Part shown: in pieces, positions 9,459 through 20,103 of the stretch
Numbering within the stretch: the stretch's first letter is position 1
Layout: each line of letters starts with the position of its first letter
Source of the DNA: Cylindrospermopsis raciborskii Cr2010
GTDB lineage: Bacteria; Cyanobacteriota; Cyanobacteriia; Cyanobacteriales; Nostocaceae
Reading direction: 5' to 3'
DNA: 32,000 nt
NCBI RefSeq assembly: GCF_003367075.2
Contig: NZ_CP065936.1
Coordinates: forward strand, 300,001-332,000
Made by a program: the position numbers and the translations under genes
Notes under the pieces: generated by a model
What the model was told of the DNA's origin: nothing
The model's input: only the letters and a program-made list of their open reading frames with translations
Databases searched by the model: none

Positions 9459-10292
9459 TTATTTTTTGGGAAGGACGGGACCCTGTTTTGTCAAGACTCG
9501 ATTCAGCTTACCACTCTGATAACCCTCTAAATCTAAGGTGACGTAAATAAACCCTAGATTTTCCAGAGTGGTTACTAGGGTAGGTAAGTCTGTTTTGAGG
9601 ACGAAATCCTTGATTTTTTCCGGTGGGAGTTCAATTCTGGCGGTTTCCCCTTCCGATCTGACTCGCAGGTCTTCCCAACCCAAAGTTTTTAAATATATTT
9701 CTGCTCTCCCCACACGTTGTAATTTTTCTATGGTGATTTCTTCTCCGTAGGGGAATCGGGAACTTAGACAGGGTTGGGCGGGTTTGTTCCACCAGGGTAG
9801 TGCTAATTGTTGGGAAAGTTGACGCACTTCCATTTTAGTAATTCCTATTTCTGCTAGGGGTGATCTTGCTCCCCTTTCTTTTGCAGCTTGAATTCCCGGT
9901 CTGTAGTCTTTGAGATCGTCAGCGTTTACCCCATCAATCACATAACTGTATCCCCATTCTAATGCTAGGGGTTTGAGCGTGTCATGTAATTCACTTTTAC
10001 AAAAGTAGCACCGGTTAACTGGATTGGACGTGTAGTTGGGATTGGCCATCTCTTGAGTATGGACAATTTTATGGGTTATCCCAATGGTTGCTGCTTGTGC
10101 AGTAGCTTCTGTTAACTCTTCCGGTAGTAAAGATGGGGATACTGCAGTTACCGCTACCGCGCGATCGCCTAATACTTCATGAGCAACCTTGGCTACTAGT
10201 GTGCTATCAACTCCTCCGGAATAGGCTATTAAAGCATGTCCCATTTCGGCAAATAAGGTCTTTAATTTTTCTAATTTTTCTGTGAGTGTCAT
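9459..10292 (-). CDS. larE: ATP-dependent sacrificial sulfur transferase LarE / PP-loop family
   Basis: 277 aa with the PP-loop motif AYSGGVDSTLVAKVA, CYFCKSELHDTLKPLA and QPCLSSRFPYGEEIT. Confidence 0.87.
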   Translation of the reverse strand: MTLTEKLEKLKTLFAEMGHALIAYSGGVDSTLVAKVAHEVLGDRAVAVTAVSPSLLPEELTEATAQAATIGITHKIVHTQEMANPNYTSNPVNRCYFCKSELHDTLKPLALEWGYSYVIDGVNADDLKDYRPGIQAAKERGARSPLAEIGITKMEVRQLSQQLALPWWNKPAQPCLSSRFPYGEEITIEKLQRVGRAEIYLKTLGWEDLRVRSEGETARIELPPEKIKDFVLKTDLPTLVTTLENLGFIYVTLDLEGYQSGKLNRVLTKQGPVLPKK

Positions 10293-10358
10293 ATTTTTAA
10301 TATTTTATACATATATGGCTTGATCCAGAAAGCTATGGACAAGTAGGATGGTTGATTG

Positions 10359-12212
10359 CTAGGAGTTCTGGCACTTTTCCAGTATAGCACCGAGATTTGT
10401 CAAATTTATGGGTTTAGGAATATAGTGGGTGAAACCGGAAGCTAGACATATTTCTCTGTCTCCCTTCATGGCCATTGCTGTTTGAGCAATGATAGGAATG
10501 TTCTGATATCTGGGGTCTTTTCTGATTTCTGATACTAAGTTCAGTCCGTTACCATCTGGCAGTTTCAAATCCATTAAGATGATTGTCGGTTGCACTTGTG
10601 GTAAATTTACCCACATTTCTGTGGCAGTTTTTACGTGTATAACTTGATAGCCTAATCTATTTAGATAAGTCTTTATGAGTTCACTATTATTTAGATCATT
10701 TTCTACTAGTAATATTGTGCAGTGATTGATTTTTTGAATATTGGTTGGAGTATTAATTAGGTGGTCAAGAGTTTTGTCAATTAGTTCTGGGTCTTGTTCT
10801 GGTTGAATTTCTAGTATTTGGGTAGTTCTCTCAGATTTGAGAGGTAGAATAATAGTAAATTCAGAACCTTGATTTAATTGCGATCGCACCTCAATACTAC
10901 CTCCATGAATTTCCGCAAGTTGTTTGGTCACAATCAATCCTAAACCGGTGCCATGATTTTGTTGGGTATTTATGGTATTTACTAGTTGGGTATAGGGACG
11001 AAACAGTAGAGACAGGTCTTCCCCAGAAATGCCAACTCCCGTATCCCATACTGTAAATCTCAACCATGAATCTTTAAGAACAACTCGTAAACCTACACTC
11101 CCTACATTAGTAAACTTTATGGCATTAAACAATAGATTTAATAGCATTTGCTTCAGTCGTAGAGGATCCACCAACAGAGTGTTCACATCCTCATTGATTT
11201 CCAATTGTAATTTTAAACCCTTATCTCCTGCTTTTTCCTTCACTAGGGCCAAAACACTTTTACACAATGATGGTATATCGGCTACTTCCCATTGCACTTC
11301 TAGCTGATTGGCTTCTATTTTGGAAAGATCTAAAATGTCATTGATTAAACTCAATAAATGCTTACCGCTGGATTGAATAATCTGTAAATATTCTTGATGG
11401 CGTTCTCTTTCCGCTTGGTAACCTTGAGCTAATAATAACTCAGTAAATCCAATAATCGAAGTCAAGGGGGTTCTGATTTCGTGACTAGTGTTGGCCAAAA
11501 ATTGATTTTTAAGTTTATTCTTACGTTCTAGGTTGTAATTAAACTGTAATAGGGACTGATAAGAATATTTTAAAGTCTGAATTTTTTGAGTTTGTATTAA
11601 ATAAGTCCAGGAATATTTAATGGCTTTTTGAATAAACTGCGATCGCCAGTGCAAGGGAGAAAATTGAGGTTTAGCAAGACCAGATAAATCAGATAGGGGA
11701 TGAAGAGCAATTAGCCATTTAGTCACATTAGTAGAATCATCAGGAAAACGCCAAGCTAGGGGAGGGTTGTGCTTTTCCATTTCCAGGAGATCGGGGAGAC
11801 CAATATGGGATTCCAAATTCCATCTGGAGGTTGTTTGTGACAGGGATGGAGGTGAAGTTGGTGAATTACACATCAAGACAATTCTAGCCATATTTTCTTG
11901 AGGTTCACACTCAGCTATATATAATGTAATACCTTCAAGACCCAACCCATTAAAATTCAAAGCAGCATAAACCTCATTAAGCAGAGTTTGCAAAATCTGG
12001 GACTCAGCGATTTTTGCCTCCTGGGTATTAGGTTCACCCGTGCTTAAAGGTGTATTAACTGCTGTGAATAAGCAAAAATTTAGACTAAGTTGTAACCGAT
12101 TCAAATGTTTTTCCAACCACAAATCATATCCTTGTTGTTGGATGGTGCGTAAGAGTTTGGGGGTTTTATCTATCCGAGGATTTCCTTTTGGTAAGTTTGA
12201 GTATTTGTACAT
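10359..12212 (-). CDS. Hybrid sensor histidine kinase/response regulator
   Basis: 617 aa with H-box LANTSHEIRTPLTSIIGFTELL, N/G boxes (LLNLLFNAIKFTN, VWDTGVGI, GTGLGLIVTKQLAEIHGG) and a C-terminal receiver domain (ILLVEND...ILMDLKLPDGNG...YIPKPIN). Confidence 0.93.
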   Translation of the reverse strand: MYKYSNLPKGNPRIDKTPKLLRTIQQQGYDLWLEKHLNRLQLSLNFCLFTAVNTPLSTGEPNTQEAKIAESQILQTLLNEVYAALNFNGLGLEGITLYIAECEPQENMARIVLMCNSPTSPPSLSQTTSRWNLESHIGLPDLLEMEKHNPPLAWRFPDDSTNVTKWLIALHPLSDLSGLAKPQFSPLHWRSQFIQKAIKYSWTYLIQTQKIQTLKYSYQSLLQFNYNLERKNKLKNQFLANTSHEIRTPLTSIIGFTELLLAQGYQAERERHQEYLQIIQSSGKHLLSLINDILDLSKIEANQLEVQWEVADIPSLCKSVLALVKEKAGDKGLKLQLEINEDVNTLLVDPLRLKQMLLNLLFNAIKFTNVGSVGLRVVLKDSWLRFTVWDTGVGISGEDLSLLFRPYTQLVNTINTQQNHGTGLGLIVTKQLAEIHGGSIEVRSQLNQGSEFTIILPLKSERTTQILEIQPEQDPELIDKTLDHLINTPTNIQKINHCTILLVENDLNNSELIKTYLNRLGYQVIHVKTATEMWVNLPQVQPTIILMDLKLPDGNGLNLVSEIRKDPRYQNIPIIAQTAMAMKGDREICLASGFTHYIPKPINLTNLGAILEKCQNS

Positions 12213-12418
12213 AAAAAGTGACCAAAGATACTAACCTTAGCGGAAAACAGCGGGAGATAAATAAGGGTTATATTTTCATATAGTGATCTCCACACTGTGT
12301 ATGTTAACACAGAAGTTAATCTTCCTCACTAGCTTCGTATGAGATATAACTTATGATATTCATAGGGTGATATTGATGTTAGAATCTAAGTAAAGTGACT
12401 TTATAGTAGTATTTATTA

Positions 12419-13285
12419 ATGGATGCACAACTAGCTCAATTAATTATTAATGGGATTGCGGTAGGTAGTATTATTGCCTTGGCAGCAGTAGGACTAACAC
12501 TCACTTATGGAATTTTAAGACTATCGAATTTTGCCCATGGAGACTTTTTAACCTTAGGGGCATATTTTACCTGGGTGATAAACGGGTGGGGAATGAACAT
12601 TTGGTTATCAATGGTTGTTGCAGCCATATTAACCGTGATAGCGATGTTAATAACAGAGAAGATACTGTGGTCAAGAATGAGAGCATTACGTGCCACATCT
12701 ACGACCCTGATTATCATCTCCATTGGACTGGCCCTATTTGTCCGTAACGGGATTATTTTTCTTTGGGGGGGTAAAAACCAAAATTACAATCTTCCGGTAA
12801 TTCAGGCCTTGGATATAAGCGGTTTGAAAGTGCCACAAAATCAATTACTAGTTTTAGTCCTAGCCATATTGGCGATTTTGTTCCTGCACTATATATTACA
12901 GAACACCAAAATTGGTAAAGCCATGCGAGCAGTAGCAGATGATCTAGATTTAGCCAGGGTTTCCGGGATTAATGTAGAACGAGTAATTCTTTGGACCTGG
13001 ATTATTGCGGGTAGCTTTACCTCCCTAGGCGGTAGTATGTATGGTTTAATTACTGCTGTTCGTCCTAACATGGGCTGGTTTTTAATTTTACCCCTATTCG
13101 CCTCAGTAATTTTAGGGGGAATTGGCAACCCTTATGGTGCCATATTTGCTGCCTTTATTATTGGCATTGCCCAGGAAGTCAGCACTCCTTGGTTAGGATC
13201 TCAGTATAAGCAAGGAGTTGCCTTGTTAATTATGATTTTAGTTTTACTCATTCGTCCCAAAGGACTGTTTAAAGGAACAGTGTAG
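12419..13285 (+). CDS. natD: Branched-chain/neutral amino acid ABC transporter permease (LivH/NatD type)
   Basis: 288 aa hydrophobic protein with ALAAVGLTLTYGILRLSNFAHGDFLTLGAYFTW, IGKAMRAVADDLDLARVSGINVERVILWTWIIAG and GGIGNPYGAIFAAFIIGIAQEVS. Confidence 0.88.
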   Translation: MDAQLAQLIINGIAVGSIIALAAVGLTLTYGILRLSNFAHGDFLTLGAYFTWVINGWGMNIWLSMVVAAILTVIAMLITEKILWSRMRALRATSTTLIIISIGLALFVRNGIIFLWGGKNQNYNLPVIQALDISGLKVPQNQLLVLVLAILAILFLHYILQNTKIGKAMRAVADDLDLARVSGINVERVILWTWIIAGSFTSLGGSMYGLITAVRPNMGWFLILPLFASVILGGIGNPYGAIFAAFIIGIAQEVSTPWLGSQYKQGVALLIMILVLLIRPKGLFKGTV

Positions 13286-13328
13286 GGGAGGGGCTAGAAA
13301 CTGGGAGATTCGGTCCCTCTCCACCTAC

Positions 13329-13445
13329 CTACTCAATAATATGGAAATAATAAGCTGCTACTAAAAAGTTGATAGCCAGTAGCAGTATGGCCCAACTGGC
13401 GCGGAAAACATAACTGGGTTTGGTTTCTTTTGTTTTAGAAGTCAT
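13329..13445 (-). CDS. psaX: Photosystem I subunit X (PsaX)
   Basis: Internal ATG at 13443-13445 gives the 38-aa protein MTSKTKETKPSYVFRASWAILLLAINFLVAAYYFHIIE. This closely matches the thermophilic cyanobacterial PsaX sequence as I recall it (KPTYAFRTFWAVLLLAINFLVAAYYFGILK). Confidence 0.85.
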   Translation of the reverse strand: MTSKTKETKPSYVFRASWAILLLAINFLVAAYYFHIIE

Positions 13446-13544
13446 ATTTGACCCTCCTGATTTAATCACATTTCCACAAATACCAAACAGCAGTACCAAA
13501 TTTCCACTATCTTTAAAAATGTTCAAAGTTTAGCTACTCTCCAC

Positions 13545-14855
13545 CTAGGTTGGGGAATTAACTCCCCTGAGTACCTCCTTCACCACTGCTAGGGTTTGGT
13601 CTATATCTTCTTCTGTATGAGCTAAAGAAGTAAAACCAGCTTCAAATTGGGAAGGAGCTAGATAAATACCACGTTCCAACATGGCCCGATAAAACCTACC
13701 AAATTTGACTGTGTCTGATTTTTTGGCATCCTCATAATTATGCACGGGACCTGATGTAAAAAATAGACCAAACATGGCGCTGATACTGCCACCACACACA
13801 CTGTGTCCCGCTTCCTTGGCAATTGTTAGCATTCCATTGACTAATTTCTGGGTGATTCTCTCTAAATAATCGTAAGTTCCCGGTTTCTGTAATAGTTCTA
13901 ATGTTTTAATTCCAGCAGTCATAGCTAAGGGATTTCCAGATAGGGTTCCCGCTTGATAGACTGGACCTGCTGGAGCAATCATGGACATGATTTCTCGACG
14001 ACCTCCGTAAGCTCCTACGGGTAATCCCCCACCTATCACTTTCCCTAGGGTGGTTAAATCAGGGGTAATGCCAAATTTTGCCTGGGCACCACCATAAGCA
14101 ATTCGGAACCCGGTCATTACTTCGTCAAATACTAGTAATGCTCCGTTTTCTTGGGTAATTTCTCTTAACCCTTCTAAAAACCCTGCGTCGGGAGCAATAA
14201 ACCCAGCATTCCCTACTACTGGTTCTAAAATTACCCCAGCTATTTCTCCTGGGTTTTGTTCAAATAGTGCTTTGACCGCTTCTAAATCATTAAAAGGGGC
14301 TGTTAATGTACCTTTTGTGGCAGATTTTGGCACTCCCGGTGAATCTGGTAACCCCAGGGTGGCTACTCCTGAACCTGCTTTGACTAAAAACATGTCCGCA
14401 TGTCCATGGTAACATCCTTCAAATTTGATGATTTTTTCCCTATTGGTGTAAGCTCGCATTAGTCTCAGCGCTGCCATGCAAGCTTCTGTGCCAGAATTAA
14501 CGAATCTTACCATTTCAATACTGGGCACAGCATCAATTACCATTTCTGCTAGGATATTTTCTAGCACACAGGGCGCGCCAAAACTTGTACCTTTTTCTAG
14601 AGCTTGATGTAGGGCACTAATTACTTCTGGATTGGCGTGTCCACAAATGGCTGGACCCCAGGTGCCTACATAGTCAATGTATTTGTTACCATCCACATCC
14701 CAAATATGAGCACCTTTAACCCTATCAAATACTATTGGTTGCCCACCAACTGATTTAAAGGCGCGTACGGGTGAGCTAACTCCTCCTGGCATTAAATTTT
14801 GAGCTGCTGCAAAGATTTCTTGGGATTTTGTGGTTCTAATAGTAGTGTCTACCAA
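13545..14855 (-). CDS. hemL: Glutamate-1-semialdehyde 2,1-aminomutase
   Basis: 436 aa with [39 protein letters not shown] and the PLP-lysine region [18 protein letters not shown]. Confidence 0.98.
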   Translation of the reverse strand: MVDTTIRTTKSQEIFAAAQNLMPGGVSSPVRAFKSVGGQPIVFDRVKGAHIWDVDGNKYIDYVGTWGPAICGHANPEVISALHQALEKGTSFGAPCVLENILAEMVIDAVPSIEMVRFVNSGTEACMAALRLMRAYTNREKIIKFEGCYHGHADMFLVKAGSGVATLGLPDSPGVPKSATKGTLTAPFNDLEAVKALFEQNPGEIAGVILEPVVGNAGFIAPDAGFLEGLREITQENGALLVFDEVMTGFRIAYGGAQAKFGITPDLTTLGKVIGGGLPVGAYGGRREIMSMIAPAGPVYQAGTLSGNPLAMTAGIKTLELLQKPGTYDYLERITQKLVNGMLTIAKEAGHSVCGGSISAMFGLFFTSGPVHNYEDAKKSDTVKFGRFYRAMLERGIYLAPSQFEAGFTSLAHTEEDIDQTLAVVKEVLRGVNSPT

Positions 14856-14988
14856 GGTGATCTCCTATAAGTGGTGATTAATTTCAGTTTCTATGAAAGA
14901 ATAGGATAAACTTATCCTATTGTTTTATCCCATATTTTGATATGGTTTGATTATTGAGATGATTCTTAAATAAAGTCCGTCGCACACT

Positions 14989-15642
14989 ATGCTATCCTCC
15001 CAATCTCTATCTTTAGAATACTCTATCCCAGTGGAAAAAATCCGCTACGACCAATATGGTCTTGTACCAGCAATCATCCAAGACTATCTTGATGGTACTG
15101 TGTTAATGATGGCTTGGATGAATCAGGAATCATTACAACGAACTTTAACTACAGGAGAAACCTGGTTTTGGAGTCGTTCCCGTCAGGAATTTTGGCACAA
15201 GGGAGCTACTTCCGGTCATATTCAAAAGGTGAAAACTGCTCGCTATGATTGTGATAGTGATGCTCTACTATTTAGTGTGGAACAGATTGGTGATATCGCT
15301 TGTCACACCGGGGAACGTAGTTGTTTTCATCAGTTGGATGACACCAAAATTATTCCCCCTCCCCCAGATTCCCTATCTCACCTTTTTCATGTGATATGCG
15401 ATCGCCGGGATTATCCTGCGGAAGGTTCTTACACCTGTAAGTTATTAGCAGGGGGGGATAATAAAATTTTAAAGAAGATAGGTGAAGAAAGTGCGGAGGT
15501 AGTCATGGCTTTTAAAGATGATGACCCAGATGCGATCGCGGGTGAAGTGGCGGACTTGTTTTATCATACTCTTGTGGCTTTGGCCCATCACCAAGTAGAT
15601 TTAAGATCGGTCTATCGCAAGCTAGAAGAGCGGAGGAAGTAG
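14989..15642 (+). CDS. hisIE: Bifunctional phosphoribosyl-AMP cyclohydrolase / phosphoribosyl-ATP pyrophosphatase
   Basis: HisI half ([37 protein letters not shown]...CHTGERSCF) fused to HisE half ([35 protein letters not shown]). Confidence 0.97.
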   Translation: MLSSQSLSLEYSIPVEKIRYDQYGLVPAIIQDYLDGTVLMMAWMNQESLQRTLTTGETWFWSRSRQEFWHKGATSGHIQKVKTARYDCDSDALLFSVEQIGDIACHTGERSCFHQLDDTKIIPPPPDSLSHLFHVICDRRDYPAEGSYTCKLLAGGDNKILKKIGEESAEVVMAFKDDDPDAIAGEVADLFYHTLVALAHHQVDLRSVYRKLEERRK

Positions 15643-15657
15643 GGGAGAAAATTTTCA

Positions 15658-16611
15658 ATGAATCAAAAACGAATTTTAATCACGGGTGCCAGCGGTTGTA
15701 TTGGTCACTACATTAGTGAAACACTAATAGAAAACACCAATCATCAACTTTATTTACTGGTGAGAAATCCTAACAAACTGCAAGTTAATACTGATATGCG
15801 TCCTGGTGTGACCATATTACAGGGCGACATGGGGGAAATTAGTAATTTGGGGAATTTACTCAAAACTATTGACACAGCGGTTTTAACAGCTACTTCCTGG
15901 GGAGGAAATAATATCTTTGATATTAATGTCAATAAAACCATACAACTAATGAATCTATTAAATCCTGACAGGTGTGAACAGGTAATTTATTTTTCTACTG
16001 CTAGTGTTTTAAATCGTGAAAATCAACCCTTAAAAGAAGCTGGAGAAATTGGCACCGACTATATTAGCTCCAAATACAAGTGTTTACGTAAAATTGAGGA
16101 TTTAGAGATTTTCCCCAAAATTACCACAGTATTCCCCACCCTAGTATTGGGAGGAGATAAAAACAAACCCTACTCTCACCTGACCTCGGGTATTCATGAA
16201 GTGACAAAATATCTGAATATAATTCGGTTTTTAAAAACCGATGGTAGTTTTCACTTTATCCATGGTAAAGACATTGCCAAGGTGGTAGAGCATTTGATTG
16301 ATCACCCACTACAAAAAGGAGACCCCAGAAGACTGGTTTTAGGTCAAGCACCACTAACAGTAAATCAAGCTATAGAAGAGGTGTGTGAATACCTAAACAA
16401 AAAGATTTACTTTCGCATTCCCCTTTCTCTAGCTTTAGCAGATTTAATCATTAAAGTCTTTAAAATTCAAATGGCCTCCTGGGACAGATTCTGCATGAGG
16501 TATAGACATTTTACCTATAACAATCCCATTAACCCAGGAATTTTCGACCTACCCAACTATTGTCCCACCATGACAGATGTTCTCAAAACCAGCGGAGTCA
16601 GCAAAGGTTGA
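15658..16611 (+). CDS. NAD(P)-dependent epimerase/dehydratase family protein (extended SDR)
   Basis: 317 aa with a Rossmann N-terminus ILITGASGCIGHYISETLI and an SDR-like fold. Confidence 0.82.
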   Translation: MNQKRILITGASGCIGHYISETLIENTNHQLYLLVRNPNKLQVNTDMRPGVTILQGDMGEISNLGNLLKTIDTAVLTATSWGGNNIFDINVNKTIQLMNLLNPDRCEQVIYFSTASVLNRENQPLKEAGEIGTDYISSKYKCLRKIEDLEIFPKITTVFPTLVLGGDKNKPYSHLTSGIHEVTKYLNIIRFLKTDGSFHFIHGKDIAKVVEHLIDHPLQKGDPRRLVLGQAPLTVNQAIEEVCEYLNKKIYFRIPLSLALADLIIKVFKIQMASWDRFCMRYRHFTYNNPINPGIFDLPNYCPTMTDVLKTSGVSKG

Positions 16612-16707
16612 AGAATGTTGAGTTTTATAAAGATATAAGAGGGAACCGTAAGCTGGGGATGATAAGCTAAACATGAAATATAAAAGTGACTTAGGATGAA
16701 GTGTTAA

Positions 16708-17760
16708 ATGGGTGTTTCCTCAACGGTTCCTCTCCTGCTCCGAGCTGCACGCGGTGAAAAGGTAGATCGTCCCCCCGTGTGGATGATGCGTCAAGCGGGA
16801 CGTTACATGAAAGCTTATAGAGATCTGCGGGAGAAATATCCTTCTTTTCGGGAACGCTCAGAAATTCCTGAGGTGGCCATTGAAGTCTCCCTCCAACCCT
16901 GGAGAGCTTTCCAACCCGATGGAGTAATTTTATTTTCCGATATTGTCACTCCCCTACCTGGAATGGGTATTGACATGGATATTGCGGAAGGAAAAGGGCC
17001 AATTATTTTTTCGCCCATTCGCACTCAACAACAAGTTGATGAGTTACACCCACTAGATCCAGAAACCGCTTTACCTTTTATTCGTCAGATTTTGGGAGCG
17101 TTGCGTCAGGAAGTAGGTAGTGCATCAACCGTACTGGGCTTTGTTGGCGCACCCTGGACTTTAGCAGCTTACGCAGTGGAAGGAAAAGGCTCTAAAACCT
17201 ATTCTATAATTAAGAATATGGCTTTCTCAGATTCTAATATTCTCCATCAGTTATTAGACAAGTTGGCAGAATCTATAGCCGTATATATCCGCTACCAAAT
17301 AGATTGTGGTGCCCAAGTAGTACAAATGTTCGATTCTTGGGCAGGGCAATTAAGTCCCCAAGATTATGATATCTTTGCCTTACCTTACCAAAAAAAGGTG
17401 TTTGAGTTAGTGAAAAGAACCCATCCACAAACACCCCTGATTTTGTTAGTTACGGGTAGTGCGGGACTGTTGGAAAGAATGGCTACCTCTGGTGCGGATA
17501 TTCTCACCATTGACTGGACTGTGGATATGGCAGATGCACGTAGAAGATTGGGTAATAACGTTAAGGTGCAGGGAAATTTAGATCCAGGGGTATTATTTGG
17601 GTCAAAGCAGTTTATCCGGGAGAGAATTTTAGACACAGTTCGCAAAGCTGGCAATTGGGGACACATACTTAATTTGGGACACGGAGTGTTACCAGAAACA
17701 CCAGAAGAGAATGTGGCTTTTTTCTTTGAGACTGCCAAAAACCTTCATGTTCCGGTGTAG
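16708..17760 (+). CDS. hemE: Uroporphyrinogen decarboxylase
   Basis: 350 aa with [51 protein letters not shown] and [10 protein letters not shown]. Confidence 0.98.
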   Translation: MGVSSTVPLLLRAARGEKVDRPPVWMMRQAGRYMKAYRDLREKYPSFRERSEIPEVAIEVSLQPWRAFQPDGVILFSDIVTPLPGMGIDMDIAEGKGPIIFSPIRTQQQVDELHPLDPETALPFIRQILGALRQEVGSASTVLGFVGAPWTLAAYAVEGKGSKTYSIIKNMAFSDSNILHQLLDKLAESIAVYIRYQIDCGAQVVQMFDSWAGQLSPQDYDIFALPYQKKVFELVKRTHPQTPLILLVTGSAGLLERMATSGADILTIDWTVDMADARRRLGNNVKVQGNLDPGVLFGSKQFIRERILDTVRKAGNWGHILNLGHGVLPETPEENVAFFFETAKNLHVPV

Positions 17761-17780
17761 TTTCCATTTTGGTTGGCAAT

Positions 17781-19160
17781 TTAGGGGGAGGACATGTCTC
17801 CCCAAATTACATCCAAACGTTCCTGAGCTTGTTTTAAGGCAACTTCAGCTGAGGACTTGCCCAATAATGTTTGTTCAATTGCTCTACCTAAATTTTCCGA
17901 GATCCGACTAAAACCAGCTATAGTGGGAAGGGAACCAGCTAGGGGAATTTGGTCTAGGAATACCTTTAACCAGGGTCTGGTTTGGAGATAGTCTTGATAT
18001 TCAGGACTATTTAAAGATTTGATATTGACGGGTAAAAAACCGGTTCCTATAGACCAGGGGGTTTGAAATTCTTGACTGACAATAAACTCCAGGAATTTAA
18101 GAGCAGCTTGTTGTTTTTCTGAAGTGGTCTTCATCATAAATATATTACCCGTACCAGTTACCGTTGCTGGAGTAGTATGGATGGGGATAGGAAACGCATT
18201 AAAGGGTATGGGAGATTTTGTAATATAAGACCATGGTCCAGTAATTTGCATAGCCACCCGACCAGCGAAAAAAGCATCTTCCTCATAACCTCTTTCTGGT
18301 GGAGATAGGGTTGCTACACCTGTTTGTAATAGTTGTTGCCAAAATTTGATTGCGGTAATAGCAGCAGGGTTGTTGAGATTTGGATAGTTGTCCGTCATGA
18401 TTCCCCCCCCTGCACTTAATACAAAGGGAAACCAAGTGAAAACAGTCCATCCCCCTTTACCTAGAGGTAATAATATGCCATACTGTTCTGGGTGTCCGTC
18501 TCCATTTTTATCTAGGGTTAATTTTTGAGCAACTGCTATTAATTCTTCCCAAGTTTTAGGAGTTTGGGTGATACCAGCAGCTTCAAATAAATCCGGACGA
18601 TAAAAAATGCCGACGTTGCTATTCCACAATGGTAATGACCACAATTTGCCATTTAGTTTTAACTGCTCTAACAAGTTAGGAAATACCTCAGATTTATGTG
18701 GAAATTGATTCCACCATTGGTCTAGGGGAGTTACCGCATCTAGTTCTACAATTTGTCCGGTAATTCCAGGGTTATAAACCAAAAGATCGGGAGTGGCGTT
18801 ACCAACTACAGAGGTTAATATTTTAGGTAATGCCATATCTGATCCCAAAATAAACAACGAATCAACTTGAATATTTGGGTGAGTTTGATTGAATTTGGTC
18901 ACTAGTTTTTGAAAAACATCCCGATTCGCTGGTGGGTTAATTCCTTGCCATAAAGTTAGATGGGTAATATGGTTTTTTTGAGGTATGTTGTTTTGACAAC
19001 CACTCAATATTGCCAAGGAACATAAACTCAATAAGCATAACAGTATGGAAATCTGGCGACTTAATTGCCACCTATTCAGCTGTAGTAGTGGTTTGATCAT
19101 CATTTTAACATACATGTTGTTTATGAAGTTTTTTGACGCTCCCCCGACTTCCGGAGTCAC
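17781..19160 (-). CDS. Carbohydrate-type ABC transporter substrate-binding lipoprotein
   Basis: Signal peptide with lipobox LAILSGC, then LTLWQGINPPANRDVFQKLVTKFNQTHPNIQV and GRVAMQITGPWSYI. The first ~15 aa come from an upstream hairpin region, so the real start is likely the ATG near 19115 or one just downstream. Confidence 0.87.
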   Translation of the reverse strand: MTPEVGGASKNFINNMYVKMMIKPLLQLNRWQLSRQISILLCLLSLCSLAILSGCQNNIPQKNHITHLTLWQGINPPANRDVFQKLVTKFNQTHPNIQVDSLFILGSDMALPKILTSVVGNATPDLLVYNPGITGQIVELDAVTPLDQWWNQFPHKSEVFPNLLEQLKLNGKLWSLPLWNSNVGIFYRPDLFEAAGITQTPKTWEELIAVAQKLTLDKNGDGHPEQYGILLPLGKGGWTVFTWFPFVLSAGGGIMTDNYPNLNNPAAITAIKFWQQLLQTGVATLSPPERGYEEDAFFAGRVAMQITGPWSYITKSPIPFNAFPIPIHTTPATVTGTGNIFMMKTTSEKQQAALKFLEFIVSQEFQTPWSIGTGFLPVNIKSLNSPEYQDYLQTRPWLKVFLDQIPLAGSLPTIAGFSRISENLGRAIEQTLLGKSSAEVALKQAQERLDVIWGDMSSP

Positions 19161-19182
19161 GGGTTATGATGATGGTCCTAAA

Positions 19183-20103
19183 TCAGAGAATTTCTAATGT
19201 TCCTTGCACCGCATCTAATCTTGCTCGTACTCCCACAGGTAAAGCAGCATTAGGAATGTCATGACCAAAAGGTAGGTCAGACACAATAGGTATACCTAAA
19301 TCAGATAGGCGATCGCATAAAACTTCCTGTATAGTCAAGCTTGGTATATTAGGGGGTGGTTGACAATTAGTAAACCCTCCCAAAGCAATACCTTTTACTT
19401 GACTAAGAATACCACTTAATCGCCATTGAGTCAACATTCTGTCAATTCGATAAGGTGCTTCAGTAACATCCTCCAAAGCTAATATTACACCATCCATTGG
19501 TGGTAAAAGGGGTGTTCCTAAAAGATGGGTAGCTACAGTCAAGTTTCCAGGAAGTAATATTCCTGTTACCTGACCGTTTCCCCAACCTTTACCCTGTAAT
19601 TGGTGAATAGCTCTACCCTCTACCCAGTCAAATAACCTTTCAATTGACCATGGTGGTTCATCACATAAAGTAGTCAGTACAGGTGCATGTACACCAGAAA
19701 TTCCCCCTTTATATAGACTCCACAGTAGAACGGTAATATCAGAGAATCCAATTAGCCATTTTGGGTCTGGTGGATTTTGCTCCCAGTGCCAATTTTCCAA
19801 AATACGAGCACTACCAAACCCCCCTCTAGCACAAATAATTCCACGACATTGGGGATCTTGCCATGCTGCGCACAACTGGTGACGACGGTGGTCATCAGTG
19901 CCCGCGAGATAGCCATATCGCTTTTCTATGTTATCACTAATTTGAACATTATAACCACGGTCTCGCCAAATTTTTACACCCTTTTCAAAAGCTGTAATTT
20001 CTCTGAGTCCACCACTGGGAGCAATAACGCGTAATAGATCCCCTGGTCTCAGGGGAGACGGTAATAAAGTTGGAGCAATCTTAGAGGAGTTTACATTGTG
20101 CAT
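19183..20103 (-). CDS. LD-carboxypeptidase (peptidase S66 family)
   Basis: 306 aa with [39 protein letters not shown] and [22 protein letters not shown]. Confidence 0.92.
   Translation of the reverse strand: MHNVNSSKIAPTLLPSPLRPGDLLRVIAPSGGLREITAFEKGVKIWRDRGYNVQISDNIEKRYGYLAGTDDHRRHQLCAAWQDPQCRGIICARGGFGSARILENWHWEQNPPDPKWLIGFSDITVLLWSLYKGGISGVHAPVLTTLCDEPPWSIERLFDWVEGRAIHQLQGKGWGNGQVTGILLPGNLTVATHLLGTPLLPPMDGVILALEDVTEAPYRIDRMLTQWRLSGILSQVKGIALGGFTNCQPPPNIPSLTIQEVLCDRLSDLGIPIVSDLPFGHDIPNAALPVGVRARLDAVQGTLEIL

Noticed and set aside
9286-9530. Track ORFs 9286..9519 (77 aa) and 9324..9530 (68 aa) as genes
   Set aside because: They are out of frame with the recognisable tnpB C-terminus and run through the hairpin. 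They are fortuitous ORFs over an IS/RNA relic.
12280-12400. Possible NtcA site (GTA-N8-TAC) upstream of natD
   Set aside because: Candidates such as GTATGTTAACACAG and GTATGAGATATAAC lack the TAC half. No clean match was found, so no regulatory site is claimed.
13446-13526. N-terminal extension of the psaX ORF (MNIFKDSGNLVLLFGICGNVIKSGGSN)
   Set aside because: The family N-terminus aligns at the internal ATG (MTSKTKETKPSY). The extension has no homology basis.
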